A DNA stretch of 25,468 nucleotides from a virus (taxonomy: Duplodnaviria > Caudoviricetes), in the IMG/VR virus record IMGVR_UViG_3300047463_000016, positions 1-25,468 of that record; one strand, 5' to 3'. The position numbers and the translations under genes were made by a program. The notes below the pieces were generated by a model. That model was given only the letters and a program-made list of their open reading frames with translations, was not told the DNA's origin and did no database searches. Within the stretch, counting starts at the first letter, position 1, and every line of letters begins with the position of its first letter. Shown here in pieces: positions 17,123-25,468 of this stretch.

Positions 17123-17422
17123 ATGAGTAAGGAAACTTCACTAATGATAAACACACCTAACAATAAGTATCTTTCATTAGAGGATAAGTTCGACTTCGGA
17201 TTTACTTTCACTGATGAGGAAGAAATCACTCAACCAATCTATTCTTCTAAAGATGAGGAGATAGATGATCTGAAGCAGAGACTTCAAGCACTGAATAAGA
17301 TATTTCTACCATTTCTGGAAAATCTTACAAAAGATCCAGAGAAGCCAATGATCAAATGGCCCAATAGGGCTGAAGTGATTCAGAAGCAGATCGTAAGGCT
17401 GAAATCCATAACTAATATCTGA
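17123..17422 (+). CDS. Conserved hypothetical protein
   Basis: FDFGFTFTDE...LPFLENLTKDPEKPMIKWPNR; the start may be ATG 17144 after AAGGA. Confidence 0.75.
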   Translation: MSKETSLMINTPNNKYLSLEDKFDFGFTFTDEEEITQPIYSSKDEEIDDLKQRLQALNKIFLPFLENLTKDPEKPMIKWPNRAEVIQKQIVRLKSITNI

Positions 17423-17454
17423 ATCTAGTTATTCATGTTATCGGTGGCATAGCC

Positions 17455-17483
17455 TTTATACCACAATGTCAACCACTTGTCAA
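17455..17483 (-). promoter_or_regulatory. Antisense sigma70-type promoter upstream of gp55
   Basis: Minus strand reads TTGACA-agtggttgacattgtgg (17 nt)-TATAAA with an extended -10 TG. Confidence 0.6.
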
Positions 17484-17498
17484 GGGAAAAATGCACTT

Positions 17499-18056
17499 AT
17501 GGCAAAGAAAAAGAGTATTCATTATGTGGACAACCAAAAGTTTTATCAAGCGATAGTCTCTTACAAGCAGAAGTTGACTGAAGCACAAAGTAAAGGAATG
17601 GAAGATCCTCGCATACCCGAGTATGTGGGCGAGTGTATCTATAAGATTGCTACTAAGTTATCAACCAAGCCATGTTTCGTCAACTATTCCTACAAGGACG
17701 AGATGATCAGCGATGGTATTGAGAACTGTATCCTTTACTTCAAGGACTACAATACCGACTTTGGGCAGAATCCTTTCGCATACTTCACTCAGATCATATA
17801 CTATGCGTTTATTCGCAGGATTGGAAAAGAAGAAAAAAACAGATATACGATATACAAGCATTTCCAAGATGTTGTTTCCAATCACGGTGTAGAAATGTTT
17901 GTAGATACTGACGGAAAAACATTGACATCTGGTCCACTTTATGATAATATTCATGTGTTTATGGACAAGTTCGAACGGAAAGAACAAGCCAAAAAAGATC
18001 GCAAAAAGAATCAGTCTAAGGAAGGATTAGACGCATTTTATGAGGAAGTGAAATGA
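17499..18056 (+). CDS. gp55: Late-transcription sigma factor
   Basis: HYVDN, IPEYVGECIYKIA, FVNYSYKDEMISDGIENC, NPFAYFTQIIYYAFIRRI; ATG 17499 preferred over 17466. Confidence 0.96.
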   Translation: MAKKKSIHYVDNQKFYQAIVSYKQKLTEAQSKGMEDPRIPEYVGECIYKIATKLSTKPCFVNYSYKDEMISDGIENCILYFKDYNTDFGQNPFAYFTQIIYYAFIRRIGKEEKNRYTIYKHFQDVVSNHGVEMFVDTDGKTLTSGPLYDNIHVFMDKFERKEQAKKDRKKNQSKEGLDAFYEEVK

Positions 18057-18262
18057 GTAGTAATAATACAAGAGATGAATCACATAACATACCATTCCAG
18101 ATTCAACATTTGATTGATATAATGCTGAACAAACAAGAGCGTCTTCATGTCCGCGATAACTATCGTCAACGACTAGAATCGATTCGTGATGGTATTGAAG
18201 GTGCTTTGAAGAAATTCAAGAATGAGGAAGCAATCCATGACGCAGCCAGACGTAGACGGTAG
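18053..18262 (+). CDS. Hypothetical protein
   Basis: 69-aa ORF with ATGA overlap to gp55 and a GAGG RBS; fills the gap to gp47. Confidence 0.7.
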   Translation: MSSNNTRDESHNIPFQIQHLIDIMLNKQERLHVRDNYRQRLESIRDGIEGALKKFKNEEAIHDAARRRR

Positions 18263-18271
18263 TAGTCATAC

Positions 18272-19348
18272 ATGGCAAAAATTGCTCTCATAACAGACAC
18301 CCACTGGGGCATCAGAAATGATTCTCCAGTTTTCTACGATTATTTCAATCGATCACTGGAACACTTCTGGCAAATCCTTGATGAACAAAATATTCATCAT
18401 GTGATACATCTTGGTGATCTGTTTGATCGTAGGAAATATCTAAACTTCATGACAGCCAAAAGATGTCGGCAAGATTTCCTTGAACCTTTGGAAAGAAGAG
18501 GTATTGAAACTCATATTATAGCCGGCAACCATGATATCTTCTACAAGAATACCCATGAAGTAAATGCCCTACGAGAGATTATAGATGGGCGTTATTCACA
18601 TATCAAGATTTATGACATGCCACATATAGTGGCAATCGATGGATGTAATATCCAACTATTACCATGGATAGCAGAGTCAAACTATACTGAATCTATGAAT
18701 GCTATTCACACAAGTTCTGCTGATATTCTTATGGGTCATCTAGAGTTGAATGGTTTTGAAATGTTCCGCGGCTCTGTATCCGATCATGGGCATGATCCTA
18801 ATATATTCTCCAGATTTGATATGGTATTCTCTGGGCATTATCATCACAAGTCTTCCAGGGATAACATTCACTACTTGGGAGCATTTGCGGAATACACTTG
18901 GTCAGACTTCAATGATCCTAGAGGTTTCCACATTCTAGATACAGAAACAAGGGAATGTAAGTTCCATCAGAACAACAACCATATCTTCAAAATGATTGCT
19001 TATGATGATGTGAAGTATCAGGATATACTTGACAAGATCAACGCAACCGACTATAATAAGTATTCTAACTGTTATGTGAAGATAGTCTGTGTGAACAAGA
19101 CTAATCCTTATTCTTTTGATAGACTGTTAGATAAACTATACAAAGCAGGTCCTATTGATATCTCCGTTGTTGAGGATATATCAGTATTCAAAGATATAGA
19201 TGAGGACAGCGAGATAGATCAAGCAGAAGATACATCATCAATCCTTCAGACATATGTTGAGGGCTTGTCCTTGCCTGTAGACAAGACGAAGATGAAACGA
19301 TATATGATAGACATTTATAATGAAGCCTTATCCGTGGAGCATGTATGA
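18272..19348 (+). CDS. gp47: Recombination endonuclease subunit (Mre11/SbcD-like)
   Basis: [28 protein letters not shown] metallophosphoesterase motifs. Confidence 0.96.
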   Translation: MAKIALITDTHWGIRNDSPVFYDYFNRSLEHFWQILDEQNIHHVIHLGDLFDRRKYLNFMTAKRCRQDFLEPLERRGIETHIIAGNHDIFYKNTHEVNALREIIDGRYSHIKIYDMPHIVAIDGCNIQLLPWIAESNYTESMNAIHTSSADILMGHLELNGFEMFRGSVSDHGHDPNIFSRFDMVFSGHYHHKSSRDNIHYLGAFAEYTWSDFNDPRGFHILDTETRECKFHQNNNHIFKMIAYDDVKYQDILDKINATDYNKYSNCYVKIVCVNKTNPYSFDRLLDKLYKAGPIDISVVEDISVFKDIDEDSEIDQAEDTSSILQTYVEGLSLPVDKTKMKRYMIDIYNEALSVEHV

Positions 19349-21057
19349 TAATTTTTGAAGTTATTAGATGGAAGAATCTATTATCAACAGGAAATATCTT
19401 TACTGAAATCAAGTTGAATGAAACTGCTAACGCTCTCATTATAGGTGAGAATGGTAGCGGTAAATCAACGATTCTAGATGCGTTGACATTTGCTTTGTTT
19501 GGTAAACCCTTCAGAAAAATCAATAAGCCAGCACTAATCAACTCGGTGAATGATAAAGGATGTATTGTTGAGATAGAGTTCAATACAAATGGTAAAGACT
19601 ATAAGATAGTTCGTGGTATCAAACCAAACATCTTTGAGATACATTGTGATGGTATCCTGCTGAACCAAGATTCATCTTCGCGTGATTATCAGGAACATCT
19701 TGAGAAGTTCATACTCAAGATGAACTATAAATCCTTTACGCAAATTGTGATTCTTGGTTCAGCATCTTTCGTACCATTCATGCAGTTATCACCAGCAGAT
19801 CGTCGTGTGGTGATTGAGGACCTACTTGATATTCAAATCTTCTCTGTGATGAACATAATCGCCAAACAGAAAATGCAGTTGGCTAAAGAACACCTAGACA
19901 AGAATAGAGTGGAGATATCTGGTAAAGAAGAAAAGAAAATCTTCATTGAAAGAACCATTGAAAAACTCAAAGAGAATAATGAAGAAAAGCGTGTGTTGCT
20001 TCAAGCGTCCTTTGCTACCAAACAAGATGAACTATCAACGATAGAGACAACGATTAAAGCAAAAGAGAATGAACGCGACTCTCTCATAGAGGATATAAGT
20101 GGGCAGGGATCTCTAAAAAGTAAACATACCAAACTTGTCGCATTATCATCCAAGATAGATACAAATCTGAAAAGAACAAAGAAAGATAACGACTTCTTCT
20201 GTGATAACGATAGTTGCCCAACTTGTAGACAACCTATTGATGAGACATTCAAGAATGAAGAACTAAGTAAGAATGAATCCAAGATAATAGAACTTGAAAA
20301 GGGATTGGATGATATTCAGACTGAGATAGATAAGACAATCAACTCACTTGCTGATATGGATAGAATAGTCAACAAGATCAACGGTATCAAGAATGATATC
20401 AGCGGGCTAAGATCGCGTCAGTCATCCATTCTATCCATATTGAACGATATTGAAGATCAAATCTCTGAACTTGGTACCTCTGATACTATTCTGTCATCTA
20501 ATGAAGATGAACTAATACAAGTTCAAGATGAACTAGCACGACTAAATGTTGAGAGAAATGATATTCTGGAAGAACGCAAGTATATTGATGTTGCTATCAA
20601 TCTATTGAAAGATGGTGGTATCAAGACAAAGATCATCAAGCAGTATCTTCCTGTCATCAATAAACTGATCAATAAGTATCTAGCCCAAATGGGCTTCTTT
20701 GTGAACTTCAATATCAACGAGCAGTTTGAGGAAACAATCAAAAGTCGCTATCGTGATGAGTTCTCATATCATAACTTCTCAGAAGGTGAGAAAATGAGAA
20801 TAGACCTGGCGTTGTTGTTTACATGGAGAACAATAGCCAAGATGCGTAACTCTGTGAATAGCAATCTGTTGATTCTTGATGAAGTGTTTGATGGATCACT
20901 AGATGGAAATGGAACAGATGAGTTTCTAAAGATCATGTGGTCGATGGTAGCAGACACTAATACATTTGTGATAAGCCACAAATCTCAGATGGAAGATAAG
21001 TTCCAGAAGGTATACAAGTTTGAGAAGGTCAAAAATTTCTCTAGACTTTCTGTATAA
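19345..21057 (+). CDS. gp46: Recombination ATPase subunit (Rad50/SbcC-like)
   Basis: [12 protein letters not shown] zinc hook, FSEGEK signature, [15 protein letters not shown]. Confidence 0.97.
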   Translation: MIIFEVIRWKNLLSTGNIFTEIKLNETANALIIGENGSGKSTILDALTFALFGKPFRKINKPALINSVNDKGCIVEIEFNTNGKDYKIVRGIKPNIFEIHCDGILLNQDSSSRDYQEHLEKFILKMNYKSFTQIVILGSASFVPFMQLSPADRRVVIEDLLDIQIFSVMNIIAKQKMQLAKEHLDKNRVEISGKEEKKIFIERTIEKLKENNEEKRVLLQASFATKQDELSTIETTIKAKENERDSLIEDISGQGSLKSKHTKLVALSSKIDTNLKRTKKDNDFFCDNDSCPTCRQPIDETFKNEELSKNESKIIELEKGLDDIQTEIDKTINSLADMDRIVNKINGIKNDISGLRSRQSSILSILNDIEDQISELGTSDTILSSNEDELIQVQDELARLNVERNDILEERKYIDVAINLLKDGGIKTKIIKQYLPVINKLINKYLAQMGFFVNFNINEQFEETIKSRYRDEFSYHNFSEGEKMRIDLALLFTWRTIAKMRNSVNSNLLILDEVFDGSLDGNGTDEFLKIMWSMVADTNTFVISHKSQMEDKFQKVYKFEKVKNFSRLSV

Positions 21058-21070
21058 AGTGTTGTATAAT
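21042..21070 (+). promoter_or_regulatory. Sigma70-type promoter for the modification cluster
   Basis: TAGACT-17 bp-TATAAT; AGGAG RBS follows. Confidence 0.65.
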
Positions 21071-21097
21071 ACATATTCGATTTATTAGGAGAGATGC

Positions 21098-21424
21098 ATG
21101 AAACCTGTTGTCAAAGAATCATCCGAATATGACAATTTTCTAAATCAAAAGACTGAACTGAAAGAACCGGGAAGGCTGTTTGATATAGAAAAGGAAGATG
21201 AGAGAGAAAAACTCTGGAAGGCAATGCCAGAGTTTGAAAACAATGAAAAGAAGACTTTCAAGACAATCTATCTTCATTTCCGCAATGAGGAAGACTTTAA
21301 GGAATTTGTCTCTAAGTATGAGACCATTGACACCGATCAGGTCATATCGAACAAAACAAAAAGCATGTGGTATCCTCACCTAGATAAAGATGAGAATAGT
21401 TTGAAAAGATGGTTTGAAGAATGA
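21098..21424 (+). CDS. Hypothetical protein associated with glycosyltransferase
   Basis: WKAMPEF...HFRNEEDF...KTKSMWYP; ATGA coupling to the methyltransferase. Confidence 0.75.
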   Translation: MKPVVKESSEYDNFLNQKTELKEPGRLFDIEKEDEREKLWKAMPEFENNEKKTFKTIYLHFRNEEDFKEFVSKYETIDTDQVISNKTKSMWYPHLDKDENSLKRWFEE

Positions 21425-22128
21425 TAGAAAAACTTATAAACTTCAAAGATAAAGTTCAAGCATATGTTCGTGATGGTACATCGGACGAGTTTGTCGTTAA
21501 AGAAGTGTTCTCCGGAGAATATGGTAAATTGAAAATCACACCAGATGATGTGATTGTGGATTTTGGTATGAATATAGGAATGTTCACTTGTTTTGCCTTA
21601 TCAAAGGGTGCCAAATGTCTTTGGTCATACGAAGCGGAGAAAGAAAATTATGATCTGGCAGTAAGAAATGTGTCACTCAATGGATATAATCCATCTAGAT
21701 ATAATTTATTCAATAAGGCTGTTGTTGGAAATGATGATCCAATAAGATACTTTTCTATTAATTCTAAGAAGAATAAGGGCGCACATTCCCTTGTGACAAA
21801 AAGAGGTAGAAATCGTATAACTGTTGATTGTATCAATATCAATGAAGTGTTTGATAAAGCAAATCCAACAATCGTTAAGATGGATATCGAGGGTGCAGAG
21901 TATGAGTGTCTTCCAGCAGTTAAGAACTGGAGTAACATCAATCAAATTATTTTTGAGTTTCATCATGCACATTTGAATGACATGAAAGCCCATGTTCGAT
22001 TAAATCAGATCACATTTCATGATAAGTATAATGAAATATTAGATTTAATGAGGCAAAATTTTCAATTCGTTGAGGCACGTGAAGATACTAAGGGTGCTTG
22101 GGTAAACATAGTATATTGTAGGAAATAA
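21421..22128 (+). CDS. FkbM-family SAM-dependent methyltransferase
   Basis: VDFGMNIGMF motif I, SYEAEKENY, NKAV, VKMDIEGAEYE, IFEFH. Confidence 0.9.
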   Translation: MIEKLINFKDKVQAYVRDGTSDEFVVKEVFSGEYGKLKITPDDVIVDFGMNIGMFTCFALSKGAKCLWSYEAEKENYDLAVRNVSLNGYNPSRYNLFNKAVVGNDDPIRYFSINSKKNKGAHSLVTKRGRNRITVDCININEVFDKANPTIVKMDIEGAEYECLPAVKNWSNINQIIFEFHHAHLNDMKAHVRLNQITFHDKYNEILDLMRQNFQFVEAREDTKGAWVNIVYCRK

Positions 22129-22129
22129 T

Positions 22130-23143
22130 ATGACAAATCCGACACATCCTGTTTATATAATCTCAAAAGGTAGACATGAATCTATGTTTACCTCAAGATC
22201 ATTGTCTAGAATGAAGGTACCTCATTATATTGCCATAGAACCTCAAGATGAACATGCTTATGATAAAGCATTAGACAACTTTGATATACGAGAGTATGTC
22301 ACGTTATTGATAGCACCATTCAGTAATCATGGTGATGGTCCAGGTCGTGCTAGAAACTGGTGCTGGGATCATGCTATATCTATAGGAGCAGAGAAGCATT
22401 GGGTCATGGACGACAATATCCAAGACTTCTATCGCTTACATAAGAATGAACGCATTCGTGTAGAGTCTGGTGTTATCTTCAAGATGGCAGAAGACTTTGT
22501 TGATAGATTTGAAAACGTTCCCATATCTGGATTTCAATATAGATTCTTCATTGCTCCGAATCAGCATTATCCACCATTCGTAGAAAACACACGTATCTAC
22601 TCCTGCTTATTGATATCTAATGATTGTAAACATCGTTGGCGTGGTAGATATAATGAGGACACTGATATATGTCTAAGAGTTTTGAAAGATGGTGATTGCA
22701 CCATTCAATTCAATGCCTTTCTTCAAGGTAAAGCGGCTACACAAACTGTCAAAGGTGGAAATACTACAGAGTTCTATCACAAAGAGATAGGTGAAGAGAT
22801 TCTGGATGAAGCAAAGGACATGGGATATAATGCTTTGGGCACCGTGAATAAGTCTGAGATGTTGTATAATATGCATCCAGATGTTGCCAGAGTTGTCTGG
22901 AGATATGGAAGAATCCATCATTATGTAAACTTTGAACCATTTCATCCAGAAAGAAGAATGAGTCCAGAAAATTGTGCGATAAGACGAAAGTTGGGTTTGA
23001 CTGATAATGATAATCGGCTTAGATTGAAACCACATATCAATTTGAATGATATGCCCAAGGTCGACAACTATGGATTGGTTTTGCGTCGTCTACCCAAAAC
23101 CAAAGTGTCTAAGGTGAAACAATCTAAGACCAAAACAGTCTAG
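22130..23143 (+). CDS. GT-A glycosyltransferase of the TET-associated/GREB1-like type, probable DNA base modifier
   Basis: PVYIISKGR, ARNWCWDHA, HWVMDDNI, RIYSCLLI, WRGRYNEDTDICLRVL, TQTVKGGNT. Confidence 0.82.
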   Translation: MTNPTHPVYIISKGRHESMFTSRSLSRMKVPHYIAIEPQDEHAYDKALDNFDIREYVTLLIAPFSNHGDGPGRARNWCWDHAISIGAEKHWVMDDNIQDFYRLHKNERIRVESGVIFKMAEDFVDRFENVPISGFQYRFFIAPNQHYPPFVENTRIYSCLLISNDCKHRWRGRYNEDTDICLRVLKDGDCTIQFNAFLQGKAATQTVKGGNTTEFYHKEIGEEILDEAKDMGYNALGTVNKSEMLYNMHPDVARVVWRYGRIHHYVNFEPFHPERRMSPENCAIRRKLGLTDNDNRLRLKPHINLNDMPKVDNYGLVLRRLPKTKVSKVKQSKTKTV

Positions 23144-23156
23144 CGAATCTTGACCA

Positions 23157-23185
23157 TTGACAGGATCGCATCGACCGTCTATAAT
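23157..23185 (+). promoter_or_regulatory. Consensus sigma70 (early) promoter
   Basis: TTGACA-17 bp-TATAAT, perfect consensus. Confidence 0.85.
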
Positions 23186-23246
23186 ATGAGCCTAAATCAG
23201 CACTAGGAACCGATTTTGGCTAAGTCTTTGAAATGTCTGATTCCTC

Positions 23247-23267
23247 GATATGCGTCCAGCGCATATC
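23247..23267. repeat. 8-bp perfect inverted repeat (operator or hairpin)
   Basis: GATATGCG-tccag-CGCATATC. Confidence 0.7.
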
Positions 23268-23340
23268 AGCCATGCAAATATTATGCTTCTATTTGTCGCT
23301 GAATATGCTAATATGTAGCCATGATGAATAAGAGAACGAC

Positions 23341-25468
23341 ATGACAACCAATTCCAAATCACTTCTGGCCAAGTTGCTCGCGACGGAAGATATCAAGATT
23401 CGTCGCAATCCCGCTGCGCGCACCGCATCGTTTGATGTCAAGCATCGCGTTCTGGAAATGCCCATCTGGAAGGGTGTGTCCGAAGACCTTGAGGACATGC
23501 TCACCGTTCATGAGACTGGGCATGCCCTTGATACACCACCTGACGGTTGGTTGGAAGCAATCGATTCCATCGTGAATAAACATCATGATAAGCCGTCTGG
23601 TCGCCAGAAGAAGGCGGTTCATGGTTTTCTCAATGTGATCGAGGACGCACGAATCGATAAGCGTCAAAAGCGCCGTTATCCTGGTTCACGCCGCAACTAT
23701 ATCGTGGGCTACAAGGAATTGATTGAGCGCGGCTTCTTTGGTCCCCCCAATAAGGATCTAAACACCTATAGTTTCATCGACCGCGTGAATATGTATTTCA
23801 AGGGCGGCTTTGCTTCTGGTATCAAGTTCTCACCAGAAGAGATGCCGTTTGTTCGGCGCATCGAGGCCGCTGAAACTTTCGCCGATGTGATTGCGATGAC
23901 CGATGAGGTCTATGGCTTCGCCAAAGAACGCGGAGAAGAAGAGGCTGAACAGCAAGCATTGCCCGACATGAACATGGATGACATGGACATGGAAGATATG
24001 GACTTTGATGATGATATGCGCGATTCTTCTGGTTCATCTTATGATGATGATGGGGAAGAAGAGTCTGATGATGACTCTGATGACTCTGATGACTCTGATG
24101 ACCAGGGTGACCAGGGTGACCAGGGTGAGGGTGATATCTCAGCCCAGGACAAGGAGAAACCTGACGGGGTCAACGGCCAAGATCCTCGCGATATGATGGA
24201 TCATGACAACGGAGAATATACTCCCGAGTCTGAAACCGATAATGTCTGGCAAGAAAAGCAACTGGAACTTTCCGATACTTCGACCGAGTATGTCTATGTA
24301 ACCACTCCTAAGCCTATTCTGAATCGGATCGTGGATGATTATAAGGTGTTTCTGGCCGAGAATGAAGAGCATTTCTCAAGCTTGCCTTATACTTATGGTA
24401 CCGTGCAGGAGTTTATCACCAAGGACTTCATGGACTTCAAGATGAAGGAAAACAACACCATTTCCTTTATGGTGAAAGAATTCGAAATGCGTAAAGCTGC
24501 TGATCTGTATAGCCGCATTTCAATCTCCAAGACTGGTGTTATTGATACCAATAAGCTTCATTCCTACAAATATAATGACGATATCTTCCGTCGATTGTCT
24601 GTTCTGCCTCAGGGCAAAAATCACGGCTTCGTCATGTTCCTTGATTGGTCGGGATCTATGTGCGACAATATTAAGGCTACGGTAAAACAACTGGTTGGGC
24701 TTGTATTGTTCTGTAAGCGGGTTCAGATACCTTTTGAGGTGTATATCTTCCGCAATCTGAATAATATGTCAAAGGAACAATATACCGCGAATGAGCCATT
24801 TTTCGAGTATAAAGAAACTGATATGGTATTCACGCCCTTCAAAATTCGGAATATCTTGTCTTCTCGGATGTCCATTACGGAATTGGGTCGCGCATTCAAT
24901 ATTCTCTGGACTCTATCCAACAAGGGTAGCCAAGTTGAGCCAATGGGCAATACTCCTCTGAATGGTGCTATTGTTGTTGCTACCGACCTTGTGAACCAGT
25001 TTCGTGCGCGCAACAAGGTTCAGGTCGTAAACACCATCTTTCTTACTGATGGTGACTCTGATATGATCCTGGGCATACACGGTGAAGTGAAAACCTTCAC
25101 TCCGACTCCTTTGCCTGAGCATATCAAGTCTCGGAAATATGTTCTGGTTGATGAACAGACCAAGCGTGAATATTATCTGACGGATAGATTCAATGTTCAA
25201 ACTCGGTATAGTTCCGTCTATAACATATCTGGGCAAAACCTGACTCAGAATCTTCTGAAACTCCTGAAGGCTCGTACCGATACCAATCTTATTGGCTTCT
25301 ATCTCTATAGTGCTTATGCCCGTGGTTATGGAAGCCGAGCAAAGAATGCTTATTACTACTTCTTTGGTAATCCTTCGAACCAGAAACACTTTGATGACCA
25401 CATCAAGATGTGGACTGACAACAAGTTCTTTCCGGTGACAACTCATGGCTATGATGAATATTACATCA
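23341..25468 (+). CDS. HExxH metallopeptidase-like plus vWA (CobT-like) protein, 3' truncated; not in ORF track
   Basis: MTTNSKSLLAKLLATEDI...ASFDVKHRVLEMPIW...HETGHAL...NVIEDARID; acidic linker; KNHGFVMFLDWSGSM (MIDAS), GNTPLN, FLTDGDS; these motifs are in frame and the ORF appears to run off the window. Confidence 0.9.
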   Translation, partial: MTTNSKSLLAKLLATEDIKIRRNPAARTASFDVKHRVLEMPIWKGVSEDLEDMLTVHETGHALDTPPDGWLEAIDSIVNKHHDKPSGRQKKAVHGFLNVIEDARIDKRQKRRYPGSRRNYIVGYKELIERGFFGPPNKDLNTYSFIDRVNMYFKGGFASGIKFSPEEMPFVRRIEAAETFADVIAMTDEVYGFAKERGEEEAEQQALPDMNMDDMDMEDMDFDDDMRDSSGSSYDDDGEEESDDDSDDSDDSDDQGDQGDQGEGDISAQDKEKPDGVNGQDPRDMMDHDNGEYTPESETDNVWQEKQLELSDTSTEYVYVTTPKPILNRIVDDYKVFLAENEEHFSSLPYTYGTVQEFITKDFMDFKMKENNTISFMVKEFEMRKAADLYSRISISKTGVIDTNKLHSYKYNDDIFRRLSVLPQGKNHGFVMFLDWSGSMCDNIKATVKQLVGLVLFCKRVQIPFEVYIFRNLNNMSKEQYTANEPFFEYKETDMVFTPFKIRNILSSRMSITELGRAFNILWTLSNKGSQVEPMGNTPLNGAIVVATDLVNQFRARNKVQVVNTIFLTDGDSDMILGIHGEVKTFTPTPLPEHIKSRKYVLVDEQTKREYYLTDRFNVQTRYSSVYNISGQNLTQNLLKLLKARTDTNLIGFYLYSAYARGYGSRAKNAYYYFFGNPSNQKHFDDHIKMWTDNKFFPVTTHGYDEYYI
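24070..24126 (+). repeat. 9-bp microrepeats in acidic linker (DDS x3, DQG x3)
   Basis: GATGACTCT x3, then GAT, then GACCAGGGT x3. Confidence 0.9.

Noticed and set aside
17466-17498. Longer gp55 start (MSTTCQGKNAL)
   Set aside because: It lacks an RBS and overlaps the antisense promoter; gp55 similarity starts at MAKKKSIHYVDN.
23289-25446. Minus-strand ORFs 23359-23667, 24723-25016, 24913-25446 and plus ORF 23978-24196
   Set aside because: All lie within the long peptidase-vWA frame starting at 23341.
1-25468. Stop-codon reassignment or tRNA genes
   Set aside because: Core genes translate fully in the standard code and end in TAA, TGA or TAG; the uvsW break is TAA plus an insertion. No cloverleaf was seen in the intergenic gaps.

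Overview
A segment of a T4-like myophage genome, almost all on the + strand, with the gene order seen in cyanophage/alphaproteobacterial T4-like phages. It begins with the terminase C-terminus (gp17), tail sheath (gp18), tail tube (gp19) and portal (gp20). An accessory head block follows: an ADP-ribosyltransferase-fold protein, a gp67-like peptide, a 631-aa Gly/Ala-rich protein, a 170-aa protein and a gp68-like protein. Next come prohead protease (gp21), scaffold (gp22), major capsid (gp23), an antisense homing endonuclease, a Usg-like gene, gp3, uvsY, uvsW, gp55, gp47 and gp46. The window ends with a probable DNA-modification cluster (small protein, FkbM methyltransferase, glycosyltransferase) and a HExxH/vWA protein that runs off the end. 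The most striking feature is uvsW, which is split by a free-standing GIY-YIG endonuclease. The N-half gains a tail resembling the distal half of a split-intein N-fragment. The C-half starts from its own RBS/ATG with an IntC-like leader (MKPTKITK). No splicing residues are visible, suggesting a non-splicing intein-remnant clasp, although the C-half is also frameshifted and lacks motif VI. All family assignments come from motif recognition by eye, not database searches.
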